In this document: positions 60,801-64,000 of the stretch, piece by piece
Numbering within the stretch: position 1 is the stretch's first letter
Layout of the letters: each line of letters starts with the position of its first letter
Source: Octopus sinensis
Lineage: Eukaryota
Direction of reading: 5' to 3'
DNA length: 64,000 bases
Assembly: GCF_006345805.1 (NCBI RefSeq)
Contig: NC_043001.1
Location: 29,698,001 to 29,762,000 of the forward strand
The notes under the pieces: model-generated
What the model saw: only the letters and a program-made list of their open reading frames with translations
Told to the model about the DNA's origin: nothing
Database searches by the model: none
Made by a program: the position numbers and the translations under genes

Positions 60801-62752
60801 ATTAATGGTTGCTTTATTTGTTTTTACATTTGATGCAATGATGATGATGATGATGATGATGACAAAATCAACTATATTTATCCCTAACAAGTACTGTCAA
60901 TTGAATTGATCTTCTTGTCAATAATATTGTTTATTTTTATTAGTCTCAAGTCCATTTGGATACGACTTAGATTTGTTTCCAATAAAGATAAGTGTTGTAT
61001 TACGTTTAGTCCTACACTGAAATAAAATCTTTGTAAACATTATTTCAGGATAGCATTTAATCCTCTAGCATTCATATTATTCAGTCAAATGTAATGCTTA
61101 TTTATTCACATTGTTTAGAATTAATCATGCATTATTTTGTAGCTTTGAAATTTCATTGATAGGATTGTATATTTGTACAATGATATTGTAGCATAGGTGT
61201 GAGAGGCTGAATTTGACAGGTTTAAACATGAAACAGTCAGAATATTTTGGCCTGATATGGCCGGTTTAAATGTTAAAGGGTTATATATGTTACCTCTGAC
61301 ATACATATTGCCATTCTTGCAGATATCATCTCCAAATTTTTTCATCTCTAAACTATTCTATTTTTACATGTCAGCAAATGTACAATCTAACGTGTTTACT
61401 TAGTGATTCTTTTATCCCTATTTTGGAATGTATACAGGATGCTATGTTTAGTAAAAGGGTCCATATAAGGCCAAATCATGTCCAAAATTTTCCCCTTAAT
61501 TATTGAAAATATAAAAATACTATTAGTAATTGACTAACATCTTTTTTCCTCACTACATAATTATTTCCTATTAAATATTTCTCACTAGATATTTAATTAT
61601 TTCTAATTAGATTTCTGATGCTTGCTACTTTAAAAATGTCCAGACTAACTTAACTGGAGATGATAATTCCTTTAAATTTTGTTGGGGAGCTTCAATGTAG
61701 TGCCTCAAATGAACTGAAGGCACTGTCTATGTAGCTGTGAACAGATTCAGTTATTTGAATTGATCAAAATATATCACTGAAAGTTATTTTAAGTAAAGCT
61801 GACGCTAGCTGGATTTTAATCTCTGTTATGGAAGCTACAAAGTTAGGCTTGAATTCATAACAATGAGGTACCAAATTAGGTTTTATCTCATAACAGTGAA
61901 GTACCAGTCCCAACTGGTATTGAAAAGTAGTTTTAATCTCAAAGCACAAACTGGGTTTGAGCCCAAAACTGTGAAATGTCAAAGTAAATATAATAAAGCT
62001 TCCAATCCAGTAAACTATTGATTACATCAAACTTATATTTAAAGGAAATTTTTTAAGAAAAATAAATCAGTTATGACATAAACATTTGTAAAAGATATTC
62101 ACTTCATAATTAACTCACTAGTTGTCAAGTCCTTAACAGTTAACTATTTCAACTCTATAAGTTTACTGTCTTAAATAAGAAACATTCAGTCTGTTCATTA
62201 TTCAAAAGTTTTCTTGTTAATTGTACCCAGAACACATTTGAAGGTGATACATCAAAAACAATGCTATATTTTCATTCAAGTGGAACAAAACCACACAGAT
62301 TTGTAGTTAAGTGTTATAGTCAATTATTTAATCCTTCAATACATGACTGGTACTTATATCACTGACCATAGGAAGAAGAAAGACAAAGTATTCTCCACAG
62401 AACTTAGAATGTCAAGGTTTGAAACTAAAAGCTACCCAGCATTTAGATAAACATTCTGTATTTTCTAACATTCTATCGGCTTTAAAACTATCACGATAAA
62501 AAGATATATAAATTAGTATATTAATGAAACAGAAATCAGATACTATTATGAAAGCAAATAGCCTAATCATAAAAGGAAAGTATCTATTACCGAAGTGATT
62601 TGACGAGGGCTACTGGAATAATCCCCTTCTATCACGGAGGCTGACGAACACTGGGTAAAGATTGGTGGATTGTCATTCTTGTCAAGGACGTTAATTGTTA
62701 GTGTTCCAGTACCTGTCTGAGGATTCTGAACACCTGTCTCAACTATGGTAAC
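1429..62752 (-). CDS. Large multi-exon cadherin-superfamily gene (Fat/Dachsous/CDH23-like long EC array), internal portion: 24 exons, 1,209 codons, about 11 complete EC repeats
   Basis: 24 GT-AG exons found by eye join phase-consistently into one open frame with repeated cadherin motifs (xE, DxD, YxI, F, TG, LDxE, DxG, DxNDNxP). No start, TM or stop in the window, so the orthologue cannot be named. Confidence 0.93.
1708..2650 (+). mobile_element. 5'-truncated RTE-clade LINE (ORF C-terminus, 5-unit 3'UTR array, (GAT)n tail)
   Basis: ORF 1720-2121 has [15 protein letters not shown] and GRGRPRKTW motifs typical of RTE-type RT C-termini; tail CCAACCCATGCTAGCATGGAAAGCGGACGCTAAA(TGA)n. Confidence 0.88.
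3355..3480. repeat. Three-copy ~44-bp minisatellite
   Basis: GAAAAGGCTCCCTTATTTATTAGTTCATAG-like unit repeated three times. Confidence 0.7.
3675..4248. repeat. Complex (TAGG)/(TAGA)/(TGGA) tetranucleotide satellite
   Basis: Direct reading; includes an internal ~58-bp duplication (gtgtgtagacaggtgggtagcttgg...). Confidence 0.9.
4504..5000 (-). mobile_element. RTE LINE 3'UTR/tail fragment
   Basis: Starts with (CAT)n and the reverse complement of the same tail as 2480-2650; closely resembles 22835-23342. Confidence 0.8.
5035..5420 (+). mobile_element. SINE family C, tail type 1, with internal (GAT)n insertion
   Basis: GGAGGTGCAATGGCCC head; body matches 44297-44684. Confidence 0.75.
5797..6845 (+). 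mobile_element. 5'-truncated RTE LINE, near-identical sister of 1708-2650, with an 11-unit 3'UTR array
   Basis: 5797-6010 matches 1961-2175 almost base for base; same terminal tail; different flanks. Confidence 0.88.
6948..7230. repeat. ~283-bp near-perfect palindrome (fold-back element)
   Basis: Arms 6948-7081 and 7098-7230 are reverse complements with about five differences; ~16-nt loop; followed by (TA)n. Confidence 0.9.
7290..7460 (+). mobile_element. Short degraded RTE RT C-terminal fragment
   Basis: [11 protein letters not shown]...[17 protein letters not shown]. Confidence 0.8.
7717..7848 (-). CDS. Cadherin exon 23 (132 nt, B-type)
   Basis: tttcag|[44 protein letters not shown]|gtaag. 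Confidence 0.93.
7981..8140 (+). mobile_element. SINE family A, 5' half
   Basis: GTGTAGGCATGGCTGTGTGGTAAG...GGAAACTGAAAGAA matches the head of 45561-45954. Confidence 0.7.
8750..10110. repeat. Tandem duplication of a ~682-bp unit bounded by (TATG)n
   Basis: Unique core 8805-9170 repeats at 9487-9852; ORFs 8917-9099 and 9599-9781 are identical, offset 682. Confidence 0.9.
10258..10725 (+). pseudogene. Decayed triple C2H2 zinc-finger coding segment, probably an RTE/RTEX LINE C-terminus
   Basis: CSVC...H FRSH; CQAC...GLK*HAKAH; CQFC...GLKSHI*SQH in one frame with two in-frame stops; ends in CGATGG...CCATCAT, like RTE termini. Confidence 0.65.
11411..11602 (-). CDS. Cadherin exon 22 (192 nt, A-type)
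   Basis: tttcag|[64 protein letters not shown]|gtaag. Confidence 0.93.
12071..12199 (-). CDS. Cadherin exon 21 (129 nt, B-type)
   Basis: tcacag|[43 protein letters not shown]|gtaag. Confidence 0.92.
12331..12730 (-). mobile_element. Non-autonomous Helitron-like element
   Basis: Minus strand starts A|TC(TTTATATATAAAAG) and ends with a degenerate GC hairpin followed by ..ATAG|T; internal ACAGAC repeats. Confidence 0.55.
13002..13232. repeat. ~231-bp near-perfect palindrome (fold-back element)
   Basis: TATATTAAGGGCATTACTATAC...GCAACTCTC / GAGAGTTGC...GTATAGCAATGCCCTTAATATA; followed by (TA)n. Confidence 0.9.
13267..14365 (+). mobile_element. 5'-truncated RTE LINE with longer 3'UTR containing a ~100-bp internal duplication
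   Basis: [20 protein letters not shown]...RLRWYGHV...GRPRKTW, stop at 13743; same tail and (GAT)n. Confidence 0.88.
15155..15820. repeat. Two outward-facing half copies of the 20464-20730 palindrome family around a microsatellite spacer
   Basis: CCTAGTGTAAAACCAATTGGTAAGA (about 15246) is the near reverse complement of TCTTACCAATTGGTTTCACACTAGG (about 15708); both arms resemble 20464-20730. Confidence 0.6.
16306..16491 (-). CDS. Cadherin exon 20 (186 nt, A-type)
   Basis: ttatag|[62 protein letters not shown]|gtaac. Confidence 0.93.
17340..17670. repeat. Unclassified interspersed repeat, possibly a Penelope-like terminus
   Basis: CCGATGAACAGAAACGTGAAAC resembles the CTGATGA...CGAAAC signature of Penelope ends; weak. 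Confidence 0.3.
18830..19305 (+). mobile_element. Internally deleted RTE LINE: pre-RT region fused to the terminal tail
   Basis: [11 protein letters not shown]...[14 protein letters not shown]...IPNDW then directly CCATCCAACCCATGCCAGCATGGAAAAC(GAT)n. Confidence 0.8.
19676..19816 (-). CDS. Cadherin exon 19 (141 nt, B-type)
   Basis: tctcag|[47 protein letters not shown]|gtaag; first D completes the DND motif across the junction. Confidence 0.92.
20084..20296. mobile_element. TTAA-flanked MITE family 2 (piggyBac-type)
   Basis: TTAA on both sides; degenerate TIR (C)CTTTAGCA...TGCTAAAG(A)G; homologous to 61061-61280. Confidence 0.65.
20464..20730. repeat. ~267-bp imperfect palindrome (fold-back element)
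   Basis: CCATCATGGCTGATCTTACCAATCAGTTTCATGCA...GGAAGGGAATATGG / CCATATTCCCTTCC...TGCATGAAACTGATTGATAAGATCAGCCATGATGG. Confidence 0.85.
20748..21050 (+). mobile_element. SINE family D
   Basis: GGTGCATGGCTCAGTAG head, GGTTTGATTCCC box B; reverse-oriented relative at about 23400-23675. Confidence 0.65.
21304..21486 (-). CDS. Cadherin exon 18 (183 nt, A-type)
   Basis: ttccag|[61 protein letters not shown]|gtaag. Confidence 0.93.
21665..22072 (+). pseudogene. Mariner (Tc1/mariner) transposase C-terminal relic with right TIR
   Basis: FHQDNAQPH...EQFEWE [frameshift] [24 protein letters not shown]...EGEYILD matches the mariner HDNARPH and [13 protein letters not shown] motifs; ends ...TTATGAGATGATCCAATA. 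Confidence 0.85.
22130..22425. repeat. (TA)n/(TG)n compound microsatellite
   Basis: Direct reading. Confidence 0.95.
22518..22646 (-). CDS. Cadherin exon 17 (129 nt, B-type)
   Basis: ttgcag|[43 protein letters not shown]|gtatg. Confidence 0.92.
22835..23342 (-). mobile_element. RTE LINE 3'UTR/tail fragment
   Basis: (CAT)n plus reverse tail; colinear with 4504-5000. Confidence 0.8.
25529..25714 (-). CDS. Cadherin exon 16 (186 nt, A-type)
   Basis: tttcag|[62 protein letters not shown]|gtaag. Confidence 0.93.
26515..26925 (+). mobile_element. SINE family A, degraded full length
   Basis: GGCTGTGTGGTGAG head, (TG)n centre, GCCCCAGCATGGCTGCAG tail. Confidence 0.7.
27152..27283 (-). CDS. Cadherin exon 15 (132 nt, B-type)
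   Basis: tttcag|[44 protein letters not shown]|gtaaa; absent from the ORF track. Confidence 0.92.
27860..28372 (+). mobile_element. RTE LINE 3'UTR with ~62-bp array and (GAT)n tail
   Basis: Repeated GGTGGCACGTAAAAAGCACC-like cores; same terminal tail. Confidence 0.8.
29561..29771 (+). mobile_element. TTAA MITE family 1 (piggyBac-type)
   Basis: 13-bp TIR CCCTTTCGTTACC / GGTAACGAAAGGG, left TTAA; homologous to 45133-45352 and 57198-57418. Confidence 0.8.
29935..30123 (-). CDS. Cadherin exon 14 (189 nt, A-type)
   Basis: ttttag|[63 protein letters not shown]|gtaag. Confidence 0.92.
30467..30702 (-). mobile_element. tRNA-derived SINE family B
   Basis: Minus: GGCGGTGAGCTAGCAGAA...GAGTTCAAATTCC...GTCGACTTTGCCTTTCATCCTTCCGGGGTCGATAAATTAAGTACCAG. 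Confidence 0.8.
31620..31930 (-). mobile_element. RTE-like LINE C-terminal fragment of a different family
   Basis: Minus frame [30 protein letters not shown]...LAQDRRVW...; the TW...KEDL...W...AQDR..W pattern of RTE ORF ends. Confidence 0.6.
32364..32688 (+). mobile_element. SINE family A
   Basis: Head, (TG)n centre and GGTGCTGCAGTATGGCTGCAGTCAAATTACTGAAA tail. Confidence 0.75.
33318..33500 (+). mobile_element. DINE-1/HINE-like (Helentron-associated) element fragment
   Basis: 5' hairpin AACCCTGC...GCAGGGTT followed by GTCTGTCT repeat and AAAACGGCTGAAC..ATTTT..CCAAA. Confidence 0.4.
33819..33950 (-). CDS. Cadherin exon 13 (132 nt, B-type)
   Basis: ctcaag|[44 protein letters not shown]|gtaag. 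Confidence 0.9.
34442..34756 (-). mobile_element. SINE family C, tail type 3, with TSD
   Basis: Family C head; (GGTGAT)n tail; ATATAATCATA duplicated at 34431-34441 and 34757-34767. Confidence 0.85.
37114..37702 (-). mobile_element. RTE LINE 3'UTR with array and (CAT)n
   Basis: Reverse tail plus repeated GGTGCTTTTACGTGCCACC. Confidence 0.85.
37951..38133 (-). CDS. Cadherin exon 12 (183 nt, phase 0-0, long A-type)
   Basis: ttttag|[61 protein letters not shown]|gtaag. Confidence 0.92.
38620..39240 (-). mobile_element. Three head-to-tail SINE family B copies
   Basis: GATGAAAGGCAAAGTCRACCTC...ATTTGAACTC occurs three times (about 38710, 38895, 39127); the middle copy looks youngest. Confidence 0.8.
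39351..39667 (-). mobile_element. SINE family C, tail type 2, with TSD
   Basis: ACTCAAGTATAT at 39339-39350 and 39668-39679; tail matches 59729-60044. Confidence 0.85.
39758..40192 (-). mobile_element. SINE family A, full length
   Basis: Colinear with 45561-45954; central (CA)n. Confidence 0.8.
41082..41222 (-). CDS. Cadherin exon 11 (141 nt, phase 0-0, short B-type)
   Basis: ttgcag|[47 protein letters not shown]|gtaag. Confidence 0.9.
41350..41715 (+). mobile_element. Possible bipartite (5'UTR + 3' end) non-autonomous RTE element
   Basis: GGTAGGGCTCCCATGTTGGACAGGT and GGGTTTGGG resemble RTE 5'UTRs; short AGTGAGT tail; from recall only. Confidence 0.35.
42498..42840 (-). mobile_element. 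RTE LINE tail with array
   Basis: (CAT)n plus reverse tail plus GGTGCTTTTACGTGCCACC units. Confidence 0.85.
43622..44170 (-). mobile_element. Old degraded RTE LINE 3' end
   Basis: Minus frame [13 protein letters not shown]...EDS*IK..; tail at 43622-43830. Confidence 0.7.
44297..44684 (+). mobile_element. SINE family C, tail type 1, young full-length copy with TSD
   Basis: TGGCCCAGTGG box A, TTTCGATTCC box B; ATCATACTGG at 44287-44296 and 44685-44694. Confidence 0.9.
44764..44880 (-). CDS. Cadherin exon 10 (117 nt, phase 0-0)
   Basis: ccatag|[39 protein letters not shown]|gtaag; last canonical DxNDN linker in the window. Confidence 0.93.
45133..45352 (+). mobile_element. TTAA MITE family 1
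   Basis: TTAA at 45129-45132 and 45353-45356; body matches 29561-29771. Confidence 0.8.
45561..45954 (-). mobile_element. SINE family A, young full-length copy
   Basis: Minus: GTGGCTGTGTGGTAAG...GGTTCAGTCCC...(microsatellite)...GGTGCTCCAGCATGGCCACAGTCAAATGACTGAAACAAG(TAAAAGAG)n. Confidence 0.85.
47103..47309 (-). CDS. Cadherin exon 9 (207 nt, phase 0-0)
   Basis: ttaaag|[69 protein letters not shown]|gtaag; lies inside supplied ORF 47070-47441. Confidence 0.93.
47816..48097. mobile_element. hAT (Charlie-like) MITE inserted in an RTE tail
   Basis: TIR CAGTGGTTCCTAAA / TTTAGGAACCACTA; 8-bp TSD TGTTAAAT / TATTAAAT (7 of 8). Confidence 0.75.
48217..48448 (-). CDS. Cadherin exon 8 (232 nt, phase 2-0)
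   Basis: ttgtag|[77 protein letters not shown]|gtaag. Confidence 0.92.
48550..49435 (+). mobile_element. SINE family A interrupted by an RTE 3'UTR (about 48725-49245)
   Basis: SINE head to GGAAACTGAAAGGAG, then RTE UTR to (GAT)n, then the SINE resumes at TTGACAACTGGTGTTGG and runs to its tail. Confidence 0.75.
49929..50140 (+). mobile_element. SINE family B, degraded
   Basis: GGTAGTAAGCTGGCAGAATT...GAGTTCTAATTCC...TTCATCCTTT. Confidence 0.7.
50150..50670. repeat. Unclassified interspersed repeat flanked by (ATT)n
   Basis: More GC-rich block between two (ATT)n tracts; no coding signal recognised. Confidence 0.35.
51367..51419 (-). CDS. Cadherin exon 7 (53 nt, phase 0-2)
   Basis: ttccag|[17 protein letters not shown](N)|gtaag; supplies the required DxD motif and the phase change. 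Confidence 0.85.
52453..52581 (-). CDS. Cadherin exon 6 (129 nt, phase 0-0)
   Basis: ctatag|[43 protein letters not shown]|gtgag. Confidence 0.92.
52730..53217 (+). mobile_element. RTE-type tail preceded by a 24-bp-unit array with a duplicated 96-bp higher-order repeat
   Basis: Unit like CATGTAAAAGCACCCATGTGGTGC; CATAAAAGTGCCCG recurs at 52819, 52915 and 53011. Confidence 0.8.
53276..53690 (-). mobile_element. Helitron-like element with a clear 3' terminus
   Basis: Minus strand ends GCCGTCA-TTTT-TGATGGC hairpin, then ACAGGGTCAG CTAG|T; 5' end lost in (TA)n. Confidence 0.55.
53811..53904 (-). CDS. Cadherin exon 5 (94 nt, phase 2-0)
   Basis: tcacag|(G)[31 protein letters not shown]|gtaaa; G-x-I...LDAE...Y motif. 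Confidence 0.88.
54065..54318. repeat. Imperfect palindromic MITE-like element
   Basis: AACAATTGCAGCATGGAAGGTGATTATAAGCCATTTAAGAAACACA is nearly the reverse complement of TGTGTTTCTTAAATAGCTTATAATCACCTTCCACGCGGCAATTGTT. Confidence 0.75.
54850..55625 (+). mobile_element. Degraded RTE LINE 3' end with 24-bp array
   Basis: GSGRPRKT motif, GGTGCCATGTAAAAGCA units, tail plus (GAT)n. Confidence 0.75.
55973..56046 (-). CDS. Cadherin exon 4 (74 nt, phase 0-2)
   Basis: tttcag|[24 protein letters not shown](G)|gtaag; phases fit both neighbours. Confidence 0.8.
56535..56780 (-). mobile_element. SINE family B
   Basis: GATGAAAGGCAAAGTCGACCTCGG...TTTGAACT...CTGCCAGCTCACCACC. Confidence 0.75.
57198..57418 (-). 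mobile_element. TTAA MITE family 1, reverse orientation
   Basis: TTAA at 57194-57197 and 57419-57422. Confidence 0.8.
57500..57702 (-). mobile_element. SINE family B, degraded
   Basis: Same body motifs as 30467-30702. Confidence 0.65.
57948..58083 (-). CDS. Cadherin exon 3 (136 nt, phase 2-0)
   Basis: tttgtag|(R)[45 protein letters not shown]|gtaag; phase matches exon 2. Confidence 0.88.
59729..60044 (+). mobile_element. SINE family C, tail type 2, with TSD
   Basis: TATGTAGTTATT at 59717-59728 and 60045-60056. Confidence 0.85.
60602..60780 (-). CDS. Cadherin exon 2 (179 nt, phase 0-2)
   Basis: tgtttag|[59 protein letters not shown](R)|gtgag; ATDED and AED motifs. Confidence 0.92.
61061..61280. 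mobile_element. TTAA MITE family 2
   Basis: Matches 20084-20296; left TTAA, right end TGTTAAAGGG. Confidence 0.65.
62591..62752 (-). CDS. Cadherin exon 1 in window (162 nt, phase 0-0)
   Basis: ttatag|[54 protein letters not shown]|gtaat; canonical DKNDNPP linker. Confidence 0.92.
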
Positions 62753-63397
62753 CTATAACATAAAATTCAGACATTAAAATAATTAAATACATATATTTAA
62801 TTAAATAGTGTTATGGGCATATATTTGCAAAGAAAGAAAGAAAGAAAGAAAGAAACACACACACACACAAATATATACATAGCTATAAATACTTATGCAT
62901 ACAAATATAATCTTGAGTTAATGATGGTGCTTCTAAGCAATCATTGAACTTCCTTAAAGCAGTCATCAAATCTCATCAAATCACATCCGGCTTTCTTAAA
63001 TAAATACAATACGTTAGATAATAAAGGCTCTGATGAAACACAAAAGTTATTGCAAGAAAGCATTTGGTTATAGGTTTCCTAACTTAGAGCTAATCTGAGA
63101 TCGGACAACAAGAAATGTTTAAACATAATGCTAACAACGAGGGATCCATCTAACCATGTTAAGATTTTAACTTAGATCAATGAAACACTTCCCAATACAT
63201 TTATCACTATTGTATCTCTAATAAAGTTACTTGACATGTAGCAAATCAGTTGATGTTATAAAAAGAAACTACAAAGAATTACAGTTCTCTGCAGTAAGTA
63301 GAATGAATATTTTGGTTTGAATGTTGCAATACCAAACCCAAACCCTCCCAAGGATAGAACTTATTACAGACTGCTGTTCTTATCCAGTGATGGTGTA

Positions 63398-63815
63398 TTT
63401 ATTTCATCTTTATTTCATCTAGTTTCAGCTCACGAGCTGTGGCTATGCTGGGGCACCGCCATTTGGTGTTGCTACATGATTTTACTTCACGAATGCTTTT
63501 TAGCAATTGACATTTGGTGCATGAGAGAGTTTGATGCAGCTGCCCTCATCTGCACCTCCTGCCATGAAGTTGGTTCATCTGGGACACCTGACAGGAAGAG
63601 GTCGAGCTTTATTTTGAAGACACCTACATCCACCCCATGCAGATCTCTCAGGTCCTTCAGGAGGAAGAGCTGTGGACCTCTGAAGCCCAGGCTATTGCGG
63701 TATCTTGTCCTACATCTTGATGGCAAATTCGGAGTCCTTGGCACTATGCAGTGGCGCCCAGTTCTGGTATTTGTGTAACTCTCAATGCCAAAGTTTGGGA
63801 CAAGTCTTGTCTGGA
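63398..63815 (-). mobile_element. CR1/L2-group LINE 3' end (RT C-terminus plus tail)
   Basis: LVPNFG...RTGRHCIVP...NSLGFRGPQLF...FKIKLDLFLSGVPDEP...RAAASNSL; tail GGTGCCCCAGCATAGCCACAGCTCGTGAGCTGAAAC followed by short A-rich repeats. Confidence 0.8.
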
Positions 63816-64000
63816 GTTTACCTCACTATTTTTTCTTTTAGCAATATGGAAACTGGAATAAGAACTTTCAGACTAAAAGATTTTCCCAGAAATTGTTATA
63901 GATAAAAAGGAATAAAATATTTGAAAAACATCAATATTAATATATATCTTTTCAGTGAGGTTAATGTACGCTGTGAATATACTGAAATAAAACAGAACAT

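Larger units (their letters stand above)
60271..61528 (+). repeat. ~67-bp direct repeat pair (60271-60338 and 61462-61528) flanking exon 2
   Basis: CATATAAGGCCAAATCATGTCCAAAATTTT...AATATAAAAATACTATTAGTA occurs twice, nearly identical. Confidence 0.85.

Noticed and set aside
1429-62752. Member of the octopus clustered protocadherin expansion
   Set aside because: Those genes have 6-7 EC repeats, typically in one or a few large exons. This gene has at least 11 repeats split over 24 small exons.
63317-63778. 153-aa plus-strand ORF
   Set aside because: It is the antisense shadow of the CR1/L2-group LINE end on the minus strand.

Overview
Eukaryotic, AT-rich and dense in microsatellites and retroposons; the repeat families and intron style point to an octopus (coleoid cephalopod) genome (inference). 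The only host gene I can support is the middle of one very large cadherin-superfamily gene on the minus strand. By hand I traced 24 internal coding exons (62752 down to 1429), all GT-AG with matching phases, that join into a stop-free frame of 3,627 nt (1,209 codons). This frame holds 12 inter-repeat linkers, i.e. about 11 complete extracellular cadherin (EC) repeats. Start, transmembrane segment and stop lie outside the window. The gene changes style half-way. The upstream part has canonical or near-canonical DxNDN linkers and irregular phase 0/2 exons. The downstream part is a strict alternation of 129-141 nt and 183-192 nt phase-0 exons encoding seven consecutive repeats. In these the DxNDN linker is replaced by xRNxxxP and the LDRE motif is lost, while DxD and DxG are fully kept, which predicts a one-calcium linker with Arg possibly replacing the other ions. 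Introns contain many RTE-clade LINE 3' fragments with variable tandem arrays in the 3'UTR, a CR1/L2-group LINE end whose 3' hairpin is shared with a SINE family, and at least four tRNA-derived SINE families (one with three interchangeable tails). They also hold piggyBac-, hAT- and Helitron-type non-autonomous elements, a mariner relic, several long fold-back palindromes, a decayed triple-C2H2 segment and a 682-bp tandem duplication. Most ORFs in the supplied track are artefacts of microsatellites or repeats. All repeat family names are descriptive; no database search was possible.
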